From assembly GCA_964016885.1 (NCBI GenBank), contig OZ024756.1:14880001-14944000 (forward strand): a stretch of 64,000 nucleotides of DNA, in the 5' to 3' direction. Shown piece by piece: positions 1 to 14,009 of the stretch. Position 1 is the stretch's first letter, and each line of letters begins with the position of its first letter. The notes under the pieces were generated by a model. The model ran no database searches and was not told where the DNA came from. It was given only the letters and a program-made list of their open reading frames with translations. The position numbers and the translations under genes are program-made. The stretch is from Eledone cirrhosa (taxonomy: Eukaryota).

Positions 1-25
1 ATGTACGTGTGTATATATGTATGAT

Positions 26-69
<44 letters not shown>

Positions 70-247
70 TGTGTGTCTGTGTGCGTGTTTGTGTATTTGT
101 GAGTATGCGTATGTATGGATATGTTGATATATATGTGTGTATGTATGTATGTGTATATGTATGTGTATGTATATATACATATATATATATATGTGTGTGT
201 GTATGTATGCGTATATATATGTGTATGTATATATGTGTGTGTATGTA

Positions 248-293
<46 letters not shown>

Positions 294-389
294 TTTATTT
301 TTCCTTTCCTTCTTCCTTTTCCAGCCTCACTTTTCATATAGATTATATTTTGTTTTTAAAATCCAATGTCAATAAATACACCAGGATTT

Positions 390-450
390 TTCCATTCTGA
401 TGATAGAAAGCAAAATTTGTTTGCTTTTAAGAAACCACTGGTAAATGAAA
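390..450 (+). ncRNA. Type I hammerhead ribozyme motif
   Basis: catt-CTGATGA-stem II (aaagcaaa/tttgcttt)-GAAA-CCACTGG-TA-aatg; GUA cleavage triplet. Confidence 0.8.
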
Positions 451-466
451 TAATTGCATTATGTTG

Positions 467-586
<120 letters not shown>

Positions 587-604
587 AACAACATAAGGCA
601 ATTA

Positions 605-665
605 TTTCATTTACCAGTGGTTTCTTAAAAGCAAACACATTTTGCTTTCAATCATCAGAATGAAA
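605..665 (-). ncRNA. Type I hammerhead ribozyme motif
   Basis: tttcatt-CTGATGA-ttgaaagcaaa/tttgcttttaa-GAAA-CCACTGG-TA-aatgaaa; 7-bp stem I. Confidence 0.85.
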
Positions 666-742
666 AAATCCTGGTGTATTTATTGACATTGGATTTTAAA
701 AGCAAAATATAATCTTTACACAATCCAGCCTCCTGTCATTTC

Positions 743-923
743 ATTGGCAGTATCGGTAGAGGGTCGGACGCCATGCTTTCCAGCATAGTTACGTCCCTTT
801 ACGATCTGAGTTCAAATCCTGCCGAGGTTGACTTTGCCTTTCATCCTTACGGGGTCGATAAAATAAAGTACCAGTAATGCACTGGGTAATTGCTGGCCTT
901 GTGCCTAAAGTAGAAACAATTAT
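743..923 (+). mobile_element. tRNA-derived SINE, family A (Meta-like central domain)
   Basis: A-box-like tggcagtatcgg, B-box gagttcaaatcc, gcctttcatccttacggggtcgataaaataaagtaccag; many copies in this window. Confidence 0.85.
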
Positions 924-1063
924 CATATTTAACTCCGTAATAGCACCACCAACTACAAAAACAAAGACGGTTGAACTGCTTTACGTTGAGTACTCTCTAT
1001 ATTATTACATTACGATTGACCATACGGAATAGACCAGCTCTATACAGTGGTGAACCTCAAAAC

Positions 1064-1830
<767 letters not shown>

Positions 1831-1926
1831 CGCCCAGCCAGTGGGATGGCGTTATCTTATGGCTAAAACAGCCGATTGGCGCCCGACAGACTGGTCGGTC
1901 AAGGTGATCAAGGTAATATATATATA

Positions 1927-2190
1927 TATCATCATCATCATCATCATCGATTAACGTCCATCATCCACACCAGCATGGGTTAGAGGGTTTGGTTCCATTT
2001 GATGCGGGAATGGTCGGGAAACTGTGTCTCGCCCGCACGGAAGTGTCTCTGGCAGGTTTTTTTACAGCTGGATGCCTTTCCTAACACCAACCACATTTAC
2101 AATGTGGACTAGAAGTCCTTTTTACCGTGTCTGCTACACGACCACAGTGGACGGAACGGGAAAAGAAGGATTGAGTTGGGCGTGGGGGAG
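1927..2190 (-). mobile_element. 3' part of a SINE/LINE ending in (GAT)n
   Basis: Shares tacagctggatgcc(t/c)ttcctaacaccaacc with 48806-48975; (CAT)n on the plus strand at its end. Confidence 0.55.
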
Positions 2191-2213
2191 GGGTATATAT
2201 ATATATATATATA

Positions 2214-2982
2214 TAGGATGAGAATAAGAAGAAAACAAGAACGGGGGAGGGGGGTCCTCATCAGTTATCTACTGGGGGTCTCGGACATTTTAACGCTTTA
2301 AAGACAATATATCTACCCCCAGAGCGTTCAATAACTGGGTAAAGTATTGGGAAAACGGAGGAGGGAGAGAAGGAAAATAGAAGGGAAAAGAGGAAAAGAG
2401 AAGAAAAGAGAAACAGCGAAAAAAAAACACAACAAATCGAAGAATGTGCAGCAACTAAAGGCAAGAGACTCCAAGACGACGGCGGTAACAGAAGTTAAGT
2501 TGAAGAGCGTGTGATCAAACGAAAGGACACGACTGACCCCAGCGAGTGTAAGTGAGAGAAAGACTGCTAGAGGGTCAGGCGAGGGGAAACAATGAGGTGG
2601 CTGACAGAGAGAGAGGGTGAGTGAAAGTGAGAGGGAGAAAGGGAGAGGAAGAAAGAGGGGGAAGAGTAGATAGTAATGAAATAGGTAGGTAGAGGGAGAG
2701 AGAAGACTGGACACAGCGAAACAGGATAAAATATGTGGAGAATAGGATTGGCTGTGTAGTTACTAGTTAAGGTTAGGCTTAAAAATGGAATGAGAATAAG
2801 AAAAAGCAAGAACAGTTTCCCCTTTTCCCTCTCTGCCTCCTCCGTTTTCCCAATAACTTACCCAGTTATTGAACGCCCTGGGGGTAGATATATTGTCTTT
2901 AAAGCATTGAAATATCTGAGAACCCCAGTAGACAACTGATGAGCAAAAAATGCCCCCCCCCTCGTTCTTGTTATTCTCATTC
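2214..2982. mobile_element. Element with ~160-bp diverged inverted arms between (TA)n tracts
   Basis: 2214-2378 is approximately the reverse complement of 2822-2982; the left start is repeated directly near 2788. Confidence 0.65.
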
Positions 2983-3028
2983 CATTTTTAAGCCTAACTT
3001 ATCTAGCAACTAGACAACCATCCTATAT

Positions 3029-3063
<35 letters not shown>

Positions 3064-3237
3064 AATATATTACACAGAGAGAAGTGTGTTACACAGTGAG
3101 ATGTGTGTAAAGAATTATTACATGTGAGTTTAACCGTTACTGTATGGAAAACAACACCTACAGGTTGGCAATTATTACTGTGAACTGCGGAATACTCAAA
3201 TTCCGATCCTTGTATATATATATATATATATATATGC

Positions 3238-3503
3238 AAAAGTTCTATTTAAAATTGTTGGGATACAACAAGTAAATATTTTATAACTGATATAAAGCAC
3301 TCGACAAGTTTTTGGAGTAGATATACGATATTAATAAATAGAAACTATATTTATAAAACCCTATTTATTTCATTATACAACTGTTAATATATTGTATTTT
3401 GTCTGATGAAGGCATACCATATTTTAATTTGGTATCCCTGAAATATGTATAATGAAATAAATATGGTTTTATAAATATAGTTTCCATTTATTAATATCGT
3501 ATA
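3238..3503. mobile_element. Foldback element with an HHR in the loop
   Basis: 3321-3379 is inverted at 3446-3503; extra tail 3238-3320; related to 34580-34810. Confidence 0.7.
3395..3459 (+). ncRNA. Type I hammerhead ribozyme motif
   Basis: tattttgt-CTGATGA-agg.atacca/tggtat.cct-GAAA-TATGTA-TA-atgaaata. Confidence 0.75.
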
Positions 3504-3520
3504 TATATATATATATATAT

Positions 3521-4082
3521 ATTAGAATTGGTGCTCTGAAATACCGATGTATATATGAATGTATAATATATAGTGTATTTGGTAATACACTGTATGCTTA
3601 ATTAAAAGTATTTTGAAGACCTTACGTTATTGTTTTAAAGTAGTGACTATGTCACTTCTTTTTTCAACAAACAAAGGGAGATAACCTTACAGATCTCTGT
3701 TTCATACTGTTGGTATTCCTCAGAGCTTAGCACTCGCTTTGTCTGTTGAAAAATTATGAATGTTGGATTCTTATAGAATTCCAGTAATAATCAGGAACTG
3801 ATTATACAGAGCAGTTGCCGGTCCAGAAAAAATTGAAAATTAGAAATGGTGCTCTGAAATAGCGATGTATATATGAATGTATATACAGTATATTTGGTAA
3901 TACACTGTATGCTTAATTAAAAGCATTTTGAAGACCTTACATTATTGTTTTAAAGTAGTGACTACATACACATATATATATATATATAGTATTAGGATTG
4001 GTGCTCTTAAATAGCGATGTATACATGAATGTATGTATAGTATATTTGGTAATATACAGTATGTTTAATTAAAAACATTTAA
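3521..4082 (-). mobile_element. Partial tandem of a 318-bp non-coding HHR-bearing unit (retrozyme/pLTR-like)
   Basis: gtgctct(g/t)aaata recurs at 3531, 3849 and about 4001; homologous to 47990-48270. Confidence 0.7.
3683..3728 (-). ncRNA. Type I hammerhead ribozyme motif
   Basis: aagct-CTGAGGA-atac/gtat-GAAA-CAGAGATCTG-TA-aggtt; one stem I mismatch. Confidence 0.7.
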
Positions 4083-6440
4083 TTAAGAAGAAGTGAGAGT
4101 AATTAAGAAGAAGAAGAAGTCAGAGTAATTAAGAAGAAGAAGAAGTGAGAGTAATTAAGAATAAGAAGTCAGAGTAATTAAGAAGAAGAAGAAGAAGAAG
4201 AAGTGAGAGTAATTAAGAAGAAGTGAGAATAATTAAGAAGAAGTGAGAATAATTAAGAAGAAGTGAGACTAATTAAGAAGAAGAAGAAGAAGTGAGAGTA
4301 ATTAAGAAAGAGAAGAAGTGAGAGTAATTAAGAAGAAGTGAGAGTAATTAAGAAGAAGAAGTGAGAGTAATTAAGAAGAAGTGAGAGTAATTAAGAAGGA
4401 AAAGTGAGAGTAATTAAGAAGAAGTGAGAGTAATTAAGAAGAAGAAGTGAGAGTAATTAAGAAGAAGTGAGAGTAATTAAGAAGGAGAAGTGAGAGTAAT
4501 TAAGAAGAAGAAGTGAGAGTAATTAAGAAGAAGAAGTGAGAGTAATTAAGAAGGAGAAGTGAGAGTAATTAAGAAGGAGAAGTGAGAGTAATTAAGAAGG
4601 AGAAGTGAGAGTAATTAAGAAGAAGTGAGAGTAATTAAGAAGAAGTGAGAGTAATTAAGAAGAAGTGAGAGTAATTAAGAAGAAGAAGTGAGAGTAATTA
4701 AGAAGAAGAAGTGAGAGTAATTAAGAAGAAGAAGTGAGAGTAGTTAAGAAGAAGAAGTGAGAGTAATTAAGAAGAAGAAGTGAGAGTAATTAAGGAGAAG
4801 TGAGAGTAATTAAGAAGGAGAAGTGAGAGTAATTAAGAAGAAGAAGTGAGAGTAATTAAGAAGGAGAAGTGAGAGTAATTAAGAAGAAGTGAGAGAAATT
4901 AAGAAGAAGAAGTGAGAGTAATTAAGAAGAAGTGAGAGTAATTAAGAAGGAGAAGTGAGAGTAATTAAGAAAGAGAAGAAGTGAGAGTAATTAAGAAGAA
5001 GTGAGAGTAATTAAGAAGGAGAAGTGAGAGTAATTAAGAAGAAGTGAGAGTAATTAAGAAGGAGAAGTGAGAGTAATTAAGAAGAAGTGAGAGTAATTAA
5101 GAAGAAGTGAGAGTAATTAAGAAGAAAAAGTGAGAGTAATTAAGAAGAAGTGAGAGTAATTAAGAAGAGGTGAGAGTAATTAAGAAGAAGAAGTGAGAGT
5201 AATTAAGAAGAAGTGAGAGTAATTAAGAAGAAGTGAGAGTAATTAAGAAGAAGAAGTGAGAGTAATTAAGAAGAAGTGAGAGTAATTAAAAGGAAAAGTG
5301 AGAGTAATTAAGAAGAAGAAGTGAGAGTAATTAAGAAGAAGTGAGAGTAATTAAGAAGAAGAAGTGAGAGTAATTAAGAAGAAGTGAGAGTAATTAAGAA
5401 GAAGTGAGAGTAATTAAGAAGAAGAAGTGAGAGTAATTAAGAAGAAGTGAGAGTAATTAAGAAGAAGAAGTGAGAGTAATTAAGAAGAAGAAGTGAGAGT
5501 AATTAAAAGGAAAAGTGAGAGTAATTAAGAAGAAGAAGTGAGAGTAATTAAGAAGAAGAAGTGAGAGTAATTAAGAAGAAGAAGTGAGAGTAATTAAGAA
5601 GAAGAAGTGAGAGTAATTAAGAAAGAGAAGAAGTGAGAGTAATTAAGAAGAAGTGAGAGTAATTAAGAAGAAGAAGTGAGAGTAATTAAGAAGGAGAAGT
5701 GAGAGTAATTAAGAAGAAGTGAGAGAAATTAAGAAGAAGAAGTGAGAGTAATTAAGAAGAAGAAGTGAGAGTAATTAAGAAGAAGAAGTGAGAGTAATTA
5801 AGAAGAAGAAGTGAGAGTAATTAAGAAAGAGAAGAAGTGAGAGTAATTAAGAAGAAGAAGTGAGAGTAATTAAGAAGAAGAAGTGAGAGTAATTAAGAAG
5901 AAGTGAGAGTAATTAAGAAGGAGAAGTGAGAGTAATTAAGAAAAAGAAGTGAGAGTAATTAAGAAGAAGTGAGAGTAATTAAGAAGAAGTGAGAGTAATT
6001 AAGAAGAAGTGAGAGTAATTAAGAAGAAGTGAGAGTAATTAAGAAGTGAGAGTAATTAAGAAGAAGAAGTGAGAGTAATTAAGAAGAAGAAGTGAGAGTA
6101 ATTAAGAAGAAGAAGTGAGAGTAATTAAGAAAGAGAAGAAGTGAGAGTAATTAAGAAGAAGTGAGAGTAATTAAGAAGAAGAAGTGAGAGTAATTAAGAA
6201 GGCGAAGTGAGAGTAATTAAGAAGAAGAAGTGAGAGTAATTAAGAAGAAGAAGTGAGAGTAATTAAGAAGAAGTGAGAGAAATTAAGAAGAAGTGAGAGT
6301 AATTAAGAAGAAGTGAGAGTAATTAAGAAGAAGTGAGAGAAATTAAGAAGAAGTGAGAGTAATTAAGAAGAAGTGAGAGTAATTAAGAAGGAGAAGTGAG
6401 AGTAATTAAGAAGGAGAAGAAGTGAGAGTAATCAAGAAAA
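4081..6440 (+). repeat. Minisatellite AATT(AAG)nTGAGAGT, mostly 20- or 23-bp units, about 2.3 kb
   Basis: Directly visible tandem array with a variable AAG count. Confidence 0.97.
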
Positions 6441-6540
6441 GGTAATTAGCCAGAAATTAAGTTAATATTTTAATTATAAAAGCTAAACAAGTGAAATTTT
6501 AGGACTAATTGAAGAATAATGAGAAACCTAGGAGATAGAT

Positions 6541-8490
6541 TGGTGTAGTGGTGGTGGTGTGGGGGTTGGGTGAGGTGGGTATGAGGGTGGTGTGATGTAA
6601 TGGTGGTGTGGTGGTGGTGTGGTGGTGGTGGTGTGATGTAGTGGTGGTGTGGTGGTGGTGGTGTGATGTAGTGGTGGTGTGGTGGTGGTGGTGGTGTGGT
6701 TGTGGTGGTGGTGTGGTGGTGGTGTGATGTAGTGGTGGTGGTGGTGTGGTGGTGTGATGTAGTGGTGGTGTGGTGTAGGTATGGTGGTGGTGTGGTGTAG
6801 TGGTGGTGTGGTGGTGGTGTGGTGGTGGTGGTGGTGTGGTGGTGGTGGTGTGGTGGTGGTGGTGTGGTGGTGGTGTGATGTAGTGGTGGTGGTGTGGTGT
6901 AGTGGTGGTGTGGTGGTGTGGTTGTAGTGTGATGTAGTGGTGGTGTGGTGTAGTGGTGGTGTGGTGGTAGTGGTGTGGTGGTGGTGTGGTGTGGTGGTGG
7001 TGGTGGTGTTGTGGTGGTGGTGGTGTGGTGGTGGTGTGGTGGTGGTGGTGGTGTGGTGTTGTTGTTAAAGTTGTTGTTGTAACAGTTGTTGTAACAGTTG
7101 TTGTTACAGTTGTTGTTACAGTTGGTGTTGTTACAGTTGTTGTTACAGTTGTTGTTACAGTTGTTGTTGTAACTGTTGTTGTTGTTACAGTTGTTGTAAC
7201 AGTTGTTGTTACAGTTGTTGTTACAGTTGGTGTTGTTACAGTTGTTGTTACAGTTGTTGTTACAGTTGTTGTTACAGTTGTTGTTACTGTTGTTACAGTT
7301 GTTGTTACAGTTGTTGTTACTGTTGTTACAGTTGTTGTTACATTTGTTGTTGTTACTGTTGTTGTTACAGTTGTTGTTGTTACAGTTGTTACAGTTGTTG
7401 TTACAGTTGTTGTTACAGTTGTTGTTGTTACTGCTGTTGTTACAGTTGTTGTTGTTACTGTTGTTACTGTTGTTACAGTTGTTGTTACATTTGTTGTTGT
7501 TACTGTTGTTGTTACAGTTGTTGTTGTTACAGTTGTTGTTACAGTTGTTGTTGTTACAGTTGTTGTTACAGTTGTTACAGTTGTTGTTGTTACAGTTGTT
7601 GTTACAGTTGTTACAGTTGTTGTTGTTACAGTTGTTGTTACAGTTGTTACAGTTGTTGTTGTTACATTTGTTGTTATTACTGTTGTTGTTACAGTTGTTG
7701 TTACAGTTGTTGTTGTTACAGTTGTTGTTACAGTTGTTGTTACAGTTGTTGTTGTTACAGTTGTTGTTGTTACAGTTGTTGTTACAGTTGCTGTTACAGT
7801 TGTTGTTGTTACAGTTGTTGTTACAGTTGTTGTTACAGTTGTTGTTGTTACAGTTGTTGTTGTTACATTTGTTGTTACAGTTGTTCAGTGGTGATAATGT
7901 ATCCATAGAAACTTCTTCTATGACTCATCGACGTTGTTTGATGTGGGGAAGGAGGATGACATAACATACAGCAGCAGTAACGTGGTGGTGGTGGAGGTGA
8001 TGGTGTTGGTGATGATGGTGGTAGAGGTGATGGTGTTGGTGGTGGTGGTGATGATGGTGTTGGTAGTGGAGGTGATGGTGTTGGTGATGACGGTGGTGGT
8101 GGTGATGGTCGAGGTTTTGGAGGTGATGGTGGTGGAGGTGATGGTGGTGGAAGTGATGGTGGTGGAGGTGATGGTGTCGGTGATGATGGTGGTGGAGGTG
8201 ATGGTGGTGGAGGTGATGGTGTTAGTGGTGATAGTGGTGGTGATGGTGGTGGTGGAAGTGATGGTGTTAGTGGTGGTGTTGTTAGTGATGGTGGTGATGG
8301 TGGTAGTGGCGATGGTGTTGCTGTTGGTAGTGGAGGTGTGGGGGGAGTCGTGGTGGTGTAGATGGTGGTGGTGGTTGTGGTGGTGGTGTTGCTGGTGGTA
8401 GTGGTGGTGGTGGTTGTGTTGGTGTTGGTGGTGGTGTTGCTGGTGGTGGTGGTGGTGGTTGTGTTGGTGGTAGTGTGGTGGTGGTGGTGA
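6541..8490 (+). repeat. Compound trinucleotide repeats: (GGT)n, (GTT)nACA, and GGT/GAT mixtures
   Basis: Direct reading; source of the poly-N/C/V/L pseudo-ORFs. Confidence 0.95.
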
Positions 8491-8584
8491 CATCTATATT
8501 ATCCACCCTTAATATACAGTGAGGATTGCCACCCTGTTGATGTCACACTTGGATAAACAAACTATTGAACACTGACCTCTTCTA

Positions 8585-8617
<33 letters not shown>

Positions 8618-8770
8618 CCAACCCACTCTCTCCCCCACCCCAACCCACTCTCTCCCCCGCTCTCTGTCCCTCTCTCTATCCTTCTCTTTCAATCTCAATC
8701 TCTCCTCTCTATTCTTCTCCCTCTCATGTACACACACACACAACCCACCCACCCACCCCGCTCCGCATAT

Positions 8771-8829
<59 letters not shown>

Positions 8830-9000
8830 CATATATAAACACACAGACACACACATAGACACATATAGAAACATATGTATACACACATATACATGCAGAC
8901 ACACACACATAAACACAGACACACACATATAGATGCACACATACACACACATATACAAAGAAAGGCGCAACAATTAAGAATGAAAGAGCTACTACAGTCC

Positions 9001-10730
9001 CAACAACAACAACAACAACAGCAACAAACATCAAACATTATTCAACAACAACATTAACAACAACAATCGCAACCTCCAACACAAGAACAAACTCAATAAC
9101 AACAACACCAAGACCATTAACAACAACAACAACAACAGCAAGACCATTAACAACAACAACAACGACAACAGCAAGACCATTAACAACAACAACAACACCA
9201 TTAACAACAACAACAACAACAACAACAACAGCAAGGCCATTAACAACAACAACAAGACCATTAACAACAACAACAACAAGACCATTAACAACAACAAAAA
9301 CAAGACCATTAACAACAACAAAAACAAGACCATTAACAACAACAGCAGCAGTAGCAACAACAACAGCAACAACAACAGCAACAACAACAACAACAGCAAC
9401 AACAACAACAGCAACAACAACAGATGAAAGTGAAAGTGGATTGAAAGAGGCGGGCTTGTTTATCACTTTACAGTTCAGTTAACACAGCATTTGAAAGGGG
9501 AGAATGGATTTTTGTGGAGAGAGAGGGGTGGGGTGAGAGAGAGATGGGGAGAGGGATAGGGGGAGAGAGAGATGGGGAGAGAGAGGGGGGTTAGAGATGG
9601 ATAGAGAGTGAGGGTAGAGATGGAGAGGGTGGGGTGAGAGAGAGAGGGGTGAGCGAGAGGGGTGTGAGAGAGAGGGGTGAGAGAGAGATGGAGAGAGAGA
9701 GAGGGAGGGGGTTAGAGAAAGAGAGTTAGAGAGGGAGGGAGAGATGGGGAGAGAGAGTGAGTGACATGGGGAGAAAGAGGGGGTTAGAGATGGGCAGAGG
9801 GGTGGGGTGGGAGAGAGATGGGGAGAGAGAGAGAGGGCGAGAGAGAGAAAGGGAGAAAGAGTGAGTGAGAGATGGGGAGAGAGAGGGGGGAGAGAGGGAG
9901 GAGGTTAGAGAAAGAGTTAGAAGGGGATAGAAAGATGGGGAGAGAGAGTGAGTGAGAGTGAGTGACATGGGGAGAGAGAGGGGGTTAGAGATGGGCAGAG
10001 AGAGAGGGGTGGGGTGAGAGAGAAATGGGGGTGAGAGAGAGAGGGCGAGAGAGGGCGAGAGAGGAGGGAGAGAGAGTGAGAGAGAGAGGGGAGAGAGGGG
10101 GAGAGGAGGAGAGAGAGTGAGTGAGAGATGGGGAGAGAAATAAAGAAAAGAAGGCATGGGGTAGTATATGTGAGAGGCGGAGGGGGGAGTGTGTGACCAA
10201 CAACAAGCCTATTGATTTACTACATTGTCACTAGATACCCTGCAACATGTAGGATAGATCTTATTGATTTAATCTACACCATATACCTACCACCACCACC
10301 ACCACAACTACTACCATCACCACCACCACAACCACCACCACTATTGTCATCACCACCACCACCACCACTACCACCATCACCACTACTACCACCACCACTA
10401 CCACCACCACCACCACCACCACCGCCACCACCACTACCACCACCATTACCACAACCATCACCACCACCAACATTACCTCCATCACCACCACCACCATCAC
10501 AACAACCATCAGCACCACCACAACAACCACCACCACTACCACCATCACCCCTACAACAACCACCACCATCAACACCACAGCCACCACCACCATTACCTCC
10601 ACCATCACAACTACAACAAACACCACCACCTCTACAAACATCACTACCTCCATCACAACAACCACCACCACTACCACCACTACACTTACCACCACCACTA
10701 CCACTACCACTACAACCTCCACCACCACCG
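9001..10730 (+). repeat. (CAA)n, purine-rich GA/G-run tract, and (CCA)n low-complexity blocks
   Basis: Direct reading. Confidence 0.9.
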
Positions 10731-11172
10731 ATATAATAAAGATATAAACACATATATATAGTCTAACAAAGTTCTTTTGTTGCACATCTGCAACATCATC
10801 AGTGGTACTATTATGTTCCTCCTGTTGTATTGTATATCTACGCCATTTTTATTTTATCTGTTTATTTATTTATTTATTTATTTTTGTCTTCTTCTCTGCA
10901 TGCAACGAAAGAACTTTGTTAGACTATATATATGTGTTTATATCTATATTATATCTGTATTTTTGACCGTTGGTCAGTCAATGATAAACATTGAGGACCG
11001 AATGAATTAACTGTGGAGATATAAAAGATACAGAAGCGAAAGCCAACCAAACAATGAGTGTGTTTGTTCTGTTATTATTTCTGGCAATATTATTACAACA
11101 ATATGACCCTCTCAAGTATAACAATATTTGTTTCGACACACGATTTCATATCAAAAACCTCACAAAATAAAT
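10729..11172. mobile_element. Diverged Penelope-like pLTR relic with inversion and a degenerate HHR (10764-10807, minus, G12>A)
   Basis: 10729-10783 is inverted at about 10901-10957; CTGATGA-t-gttgca/tgcaac-AAAA-GAAC-TT; tail atgaccctc...acacgatttca shared with 18672-18770. Confidence 0.7.
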
Positions 11173-11180
11173 ATATATAT

Positions 11181-11244
<64 letters not shown>

Positions 11245-11839
11245 TGCCTTCGTTCTGATATTGCGGATAAGTAAATGCATTCGTGAGCGAATAATTATAA
11301 TATAAATATTTGGTAGATTGGCAGAGTCGGTAAAGCGTCGGGCCAAATGTTTCTCGGCTTAGAATTACGGTCTTTTGCGTTCTGATTTCGAATCTCGCTG
11401 GTTCCATTACCTTTAGTATGACTACTTGTTCTATGGCGAACACACTGATATTTATCTCTGAAGAGACTTCACATATTGGGTCAATGGCGATGTCTGGTTC
11501 ACAATGATTGTCAACTGGCGTTTATGGAAGTGTTCCTTCCAAATCACACGGCGGTCTTCCCCTTGGATATATAAGCACATTCTTCCTCTTCTTCTTACAA
11601 GAAAGTTCTTTTAGCGCCCTTCAATAAAGCTGTTTCTTACTGGATCTCCTGTTTGAAGGGTGAGTTTAACTGGATGGTTTGGAAATTTAGGAAGTCAATG
11701 ACTTCTTGTGTTTCGGCAGTTTTATGAACACACGATATGGACACCTGGATAAGGAAAGCATGGGGAAGGGCTCTCAATTTCCTATCAAATGTGCGGGTGT
11801 CTCCGATCAAGAAAGCCCCCCCCCCCCCCCCCCAAAAAA

Positions 11840-12220
11840 AAACGAGGCTATTCTCAAAGCAAAGGTTGAGTCCATTCTCCCCTACGGATGTCAGTCAAGG
11901 ACACTGACAAAAACACTCACAAAGAGGATTAATGGCACATTCAAACTAATGCTGAGAAAGGTTCGAAATATATCCTGGAGAAAATGCTGAGCAAAGAAAA
12001 AAAAATTGCTCTATGACTCACAGGCTCGCCGTTGTAACACGATACGAGGCTGGCATTAGCCGGACATGTGAAATGTCACAATGAACCTGATGAAAGAGTT
12101 CTCTTCTGGAAATCTGATGTGTGCAGACGAGTTGGTAGACCAACCACAACGCTGAAGGATGTTGAAGACGACATCGGATTGAGTGCAGGGTGAAGTGGAG
12201 TAAATACTTCGTCATGGAAC
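11840..12220 (+). pseudogene. Degraded RTE-like LINE 3' fragment
   Basis: VESILPYGCQSRTLTKTLTKRINGT... resembles the post-RT region of RTE-type LINEs; stops and frameshifts. Confidence 0.55.
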
Positions 12221-12232
12221 CGGTAACGGATA

Positions 12233-12586
12233 TACAGTATACGCCCCCCCCCCCGGAATTCGCTGTCTCAGTTATTCGCGAAATTTTCCTCAGAATCTAA
12301 CTAATAATTAATTATTCGTGGAAACCAGCGCATATTCGCGGAATCGTAAATATCTTCCGCGATTTCTTTTATAGGATTTTTCGTGGCAACATATTTTTTC
12401 ACAACTTTTGCAACGCTTTTAAACGCTAAATTATTAAAAACAATATACCGTATTTTCCGGCCCCTTTATTTTAGATTGTTTTGACGTTTATAGGCACTTT
12501 TATGGAGCAGTCCAATATTCGCGGTTTTTTACTCTTCGCGTGTGCTCTAGGAATGTAACCTCTGCGAATACCGCGGGAAAACTGTG
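12233..12586. mobile_element. Tc1/mariner (pogo/Tigger)-type MITE
   Basis: TA-CAGT...ACTG termini; inverted homolog at 14010-14369. Confidence 0.7.
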
Positions 12587-12674
12587 TGTATATATATATA
12601 CTTTAGTGTATGTACACTCCATATTCTTCGGAGCTTCCGGCTTGTATCTGCCGATATTACTTCTTGTTGTTTTG

Positions 12675-12719
12675 ATTGCCCTGATGAGTCCTTAATAGGA
12701 CGAAACATTGTCGGCTAAT
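12675..12719 (+). ncRNA. Minimal type I hammerhead ribozyme motif
   Basis: gcc-CTGATGA-GTCC-ttaata-GGAC-GAAA-CATTG-TC-ggc, then AATAAA; canonical core with GUC triplet. Confidence 0.9.
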
Positions 12720-12760
12720 AAAGACTTTTGATGTATTGAAGGCTTCTTTGTTTTACTCTC

Positions 12761-12853
<93 letters not shown>

Positions 12854-13158
12854 CTTTATTAGCCACAAGGGCGCACAAGAAAAGAGGACAAAACAAAGAC
12901 ACATGCCGGGGATTTTACATACAATCGTGTAAAATTATGAAACAAACAAATATAACAATCGAAATCCCTAATAGGGGGAAGGCGCCACAAATGGATTTTT
13001 TAATACCCCGTAGATAGAACAACCCTCAACTTCAGGAGCGTGTTGTGCAAGTGCTCCTTTCTTCCTTTTTGCTCTCTTCTTCAACCTACAGGTTTATATA
13101 CAGAGAAGGCCCAATCACTCGGGCCATTTTTGCCACACACACACACACATATATATAT

Positions 13159-13992
13159 ATTTCAATCATATCGTATTTTGTTTGACCCGTTTAGCTTGTT
13201 CGCTTTTTTGGTTCTGGTGGTTAATGGCTTCTTAACCATCATCTCAGTTTGTATGACCTTTTTAACTTATGTTTATAGCTCTGGTATCTTCATATCCATG
13301 GAGCGCTTGTCTACACAATACGGAAGTTGCTTTTCGCTAATTTCTACCCGCTGAAATGCGATTCTCGCTAAATTTATATTTGTATTAATCTCCCAAGTCA
13401 AGCGATTAACCAGTTCATTTTTTTTTTTGCCTTTTTAGTTAATTCTATTCACCGATTAATCGCTTAAGTTTATTTTAAAAACAACTCGGTAGAGATCTTC
13501 GTTTTGTGCTATTTTTGCGAATTTTTGCAATAACTACACACGCTGAATTCACTGGCCAAAATAGGGGTTTTCTCCCTTTAGAACCTCACATATGATTTCA
13601 TATCCTGTGAGATTCTGGCCCACGAAGAACAAAATGCCTGTTGAAAAAGCGATGCCTTGTTCGACCATTATACTAAAAGCTTATTTTTTATAAGCACACA
13701 GTATTATTGATTTCGGTGTTGCAGAAACCCAAATTCGGAGTATTCCATCTTCCCCGAGGGTCCAGGTAACTATTTCAATCATATCGTATTTTGTTTGACC
13801 CGTTTAGCTTGTTCGCTTTTTTGGCTCTGGTCGTTAATGGCTTCTTAACCATCGTCTCAGTTTGTATGACCTTTTTAACTTATGTTTATAGCTCAGCTAT
13901 CTTCATATCCATGGAGCGCTTGTCTACACAATACGGAAGTTGCGTTTCGTTAATTCCTACCCGCTGAAATGCGATTCTCGCTAAATTTATAT
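13159..13992 (+). mobile_element. Two direct copies of an unclassified ~290-bp TA-flanked repeat
   Basis: 13159-13380 matches 13772-13992; diverged inverted copy at 17878-18152. Confidence 0.7.
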
Positions 13993-14009
13993 TTATATAT
14001 ATATATACA

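Noticed and set aside
743-830. tRNA-like A/B boxes in SINE heads
   Set aside because: No cloverleaf; boxes continue into multi-copy SINE bodies, so not tRNA genes
4081-6440. Regular array superficially like CRISPR or telomeric repeats
   Set aside because: No unique spacers, no cas genes, not TTAGGG; ordinary minisatellite
6470-7964. Asn/Cys-rich 478-aa ORF resembling a low-complexity structural protein
   Set aside because: Pure trinucleotide-derived repeat, open in multiple frames, with no unique domain
11452-11490. CTGAAGA-GAC...GTC hairpin
   Set aside because: No GAAA or cleavage triplet follows
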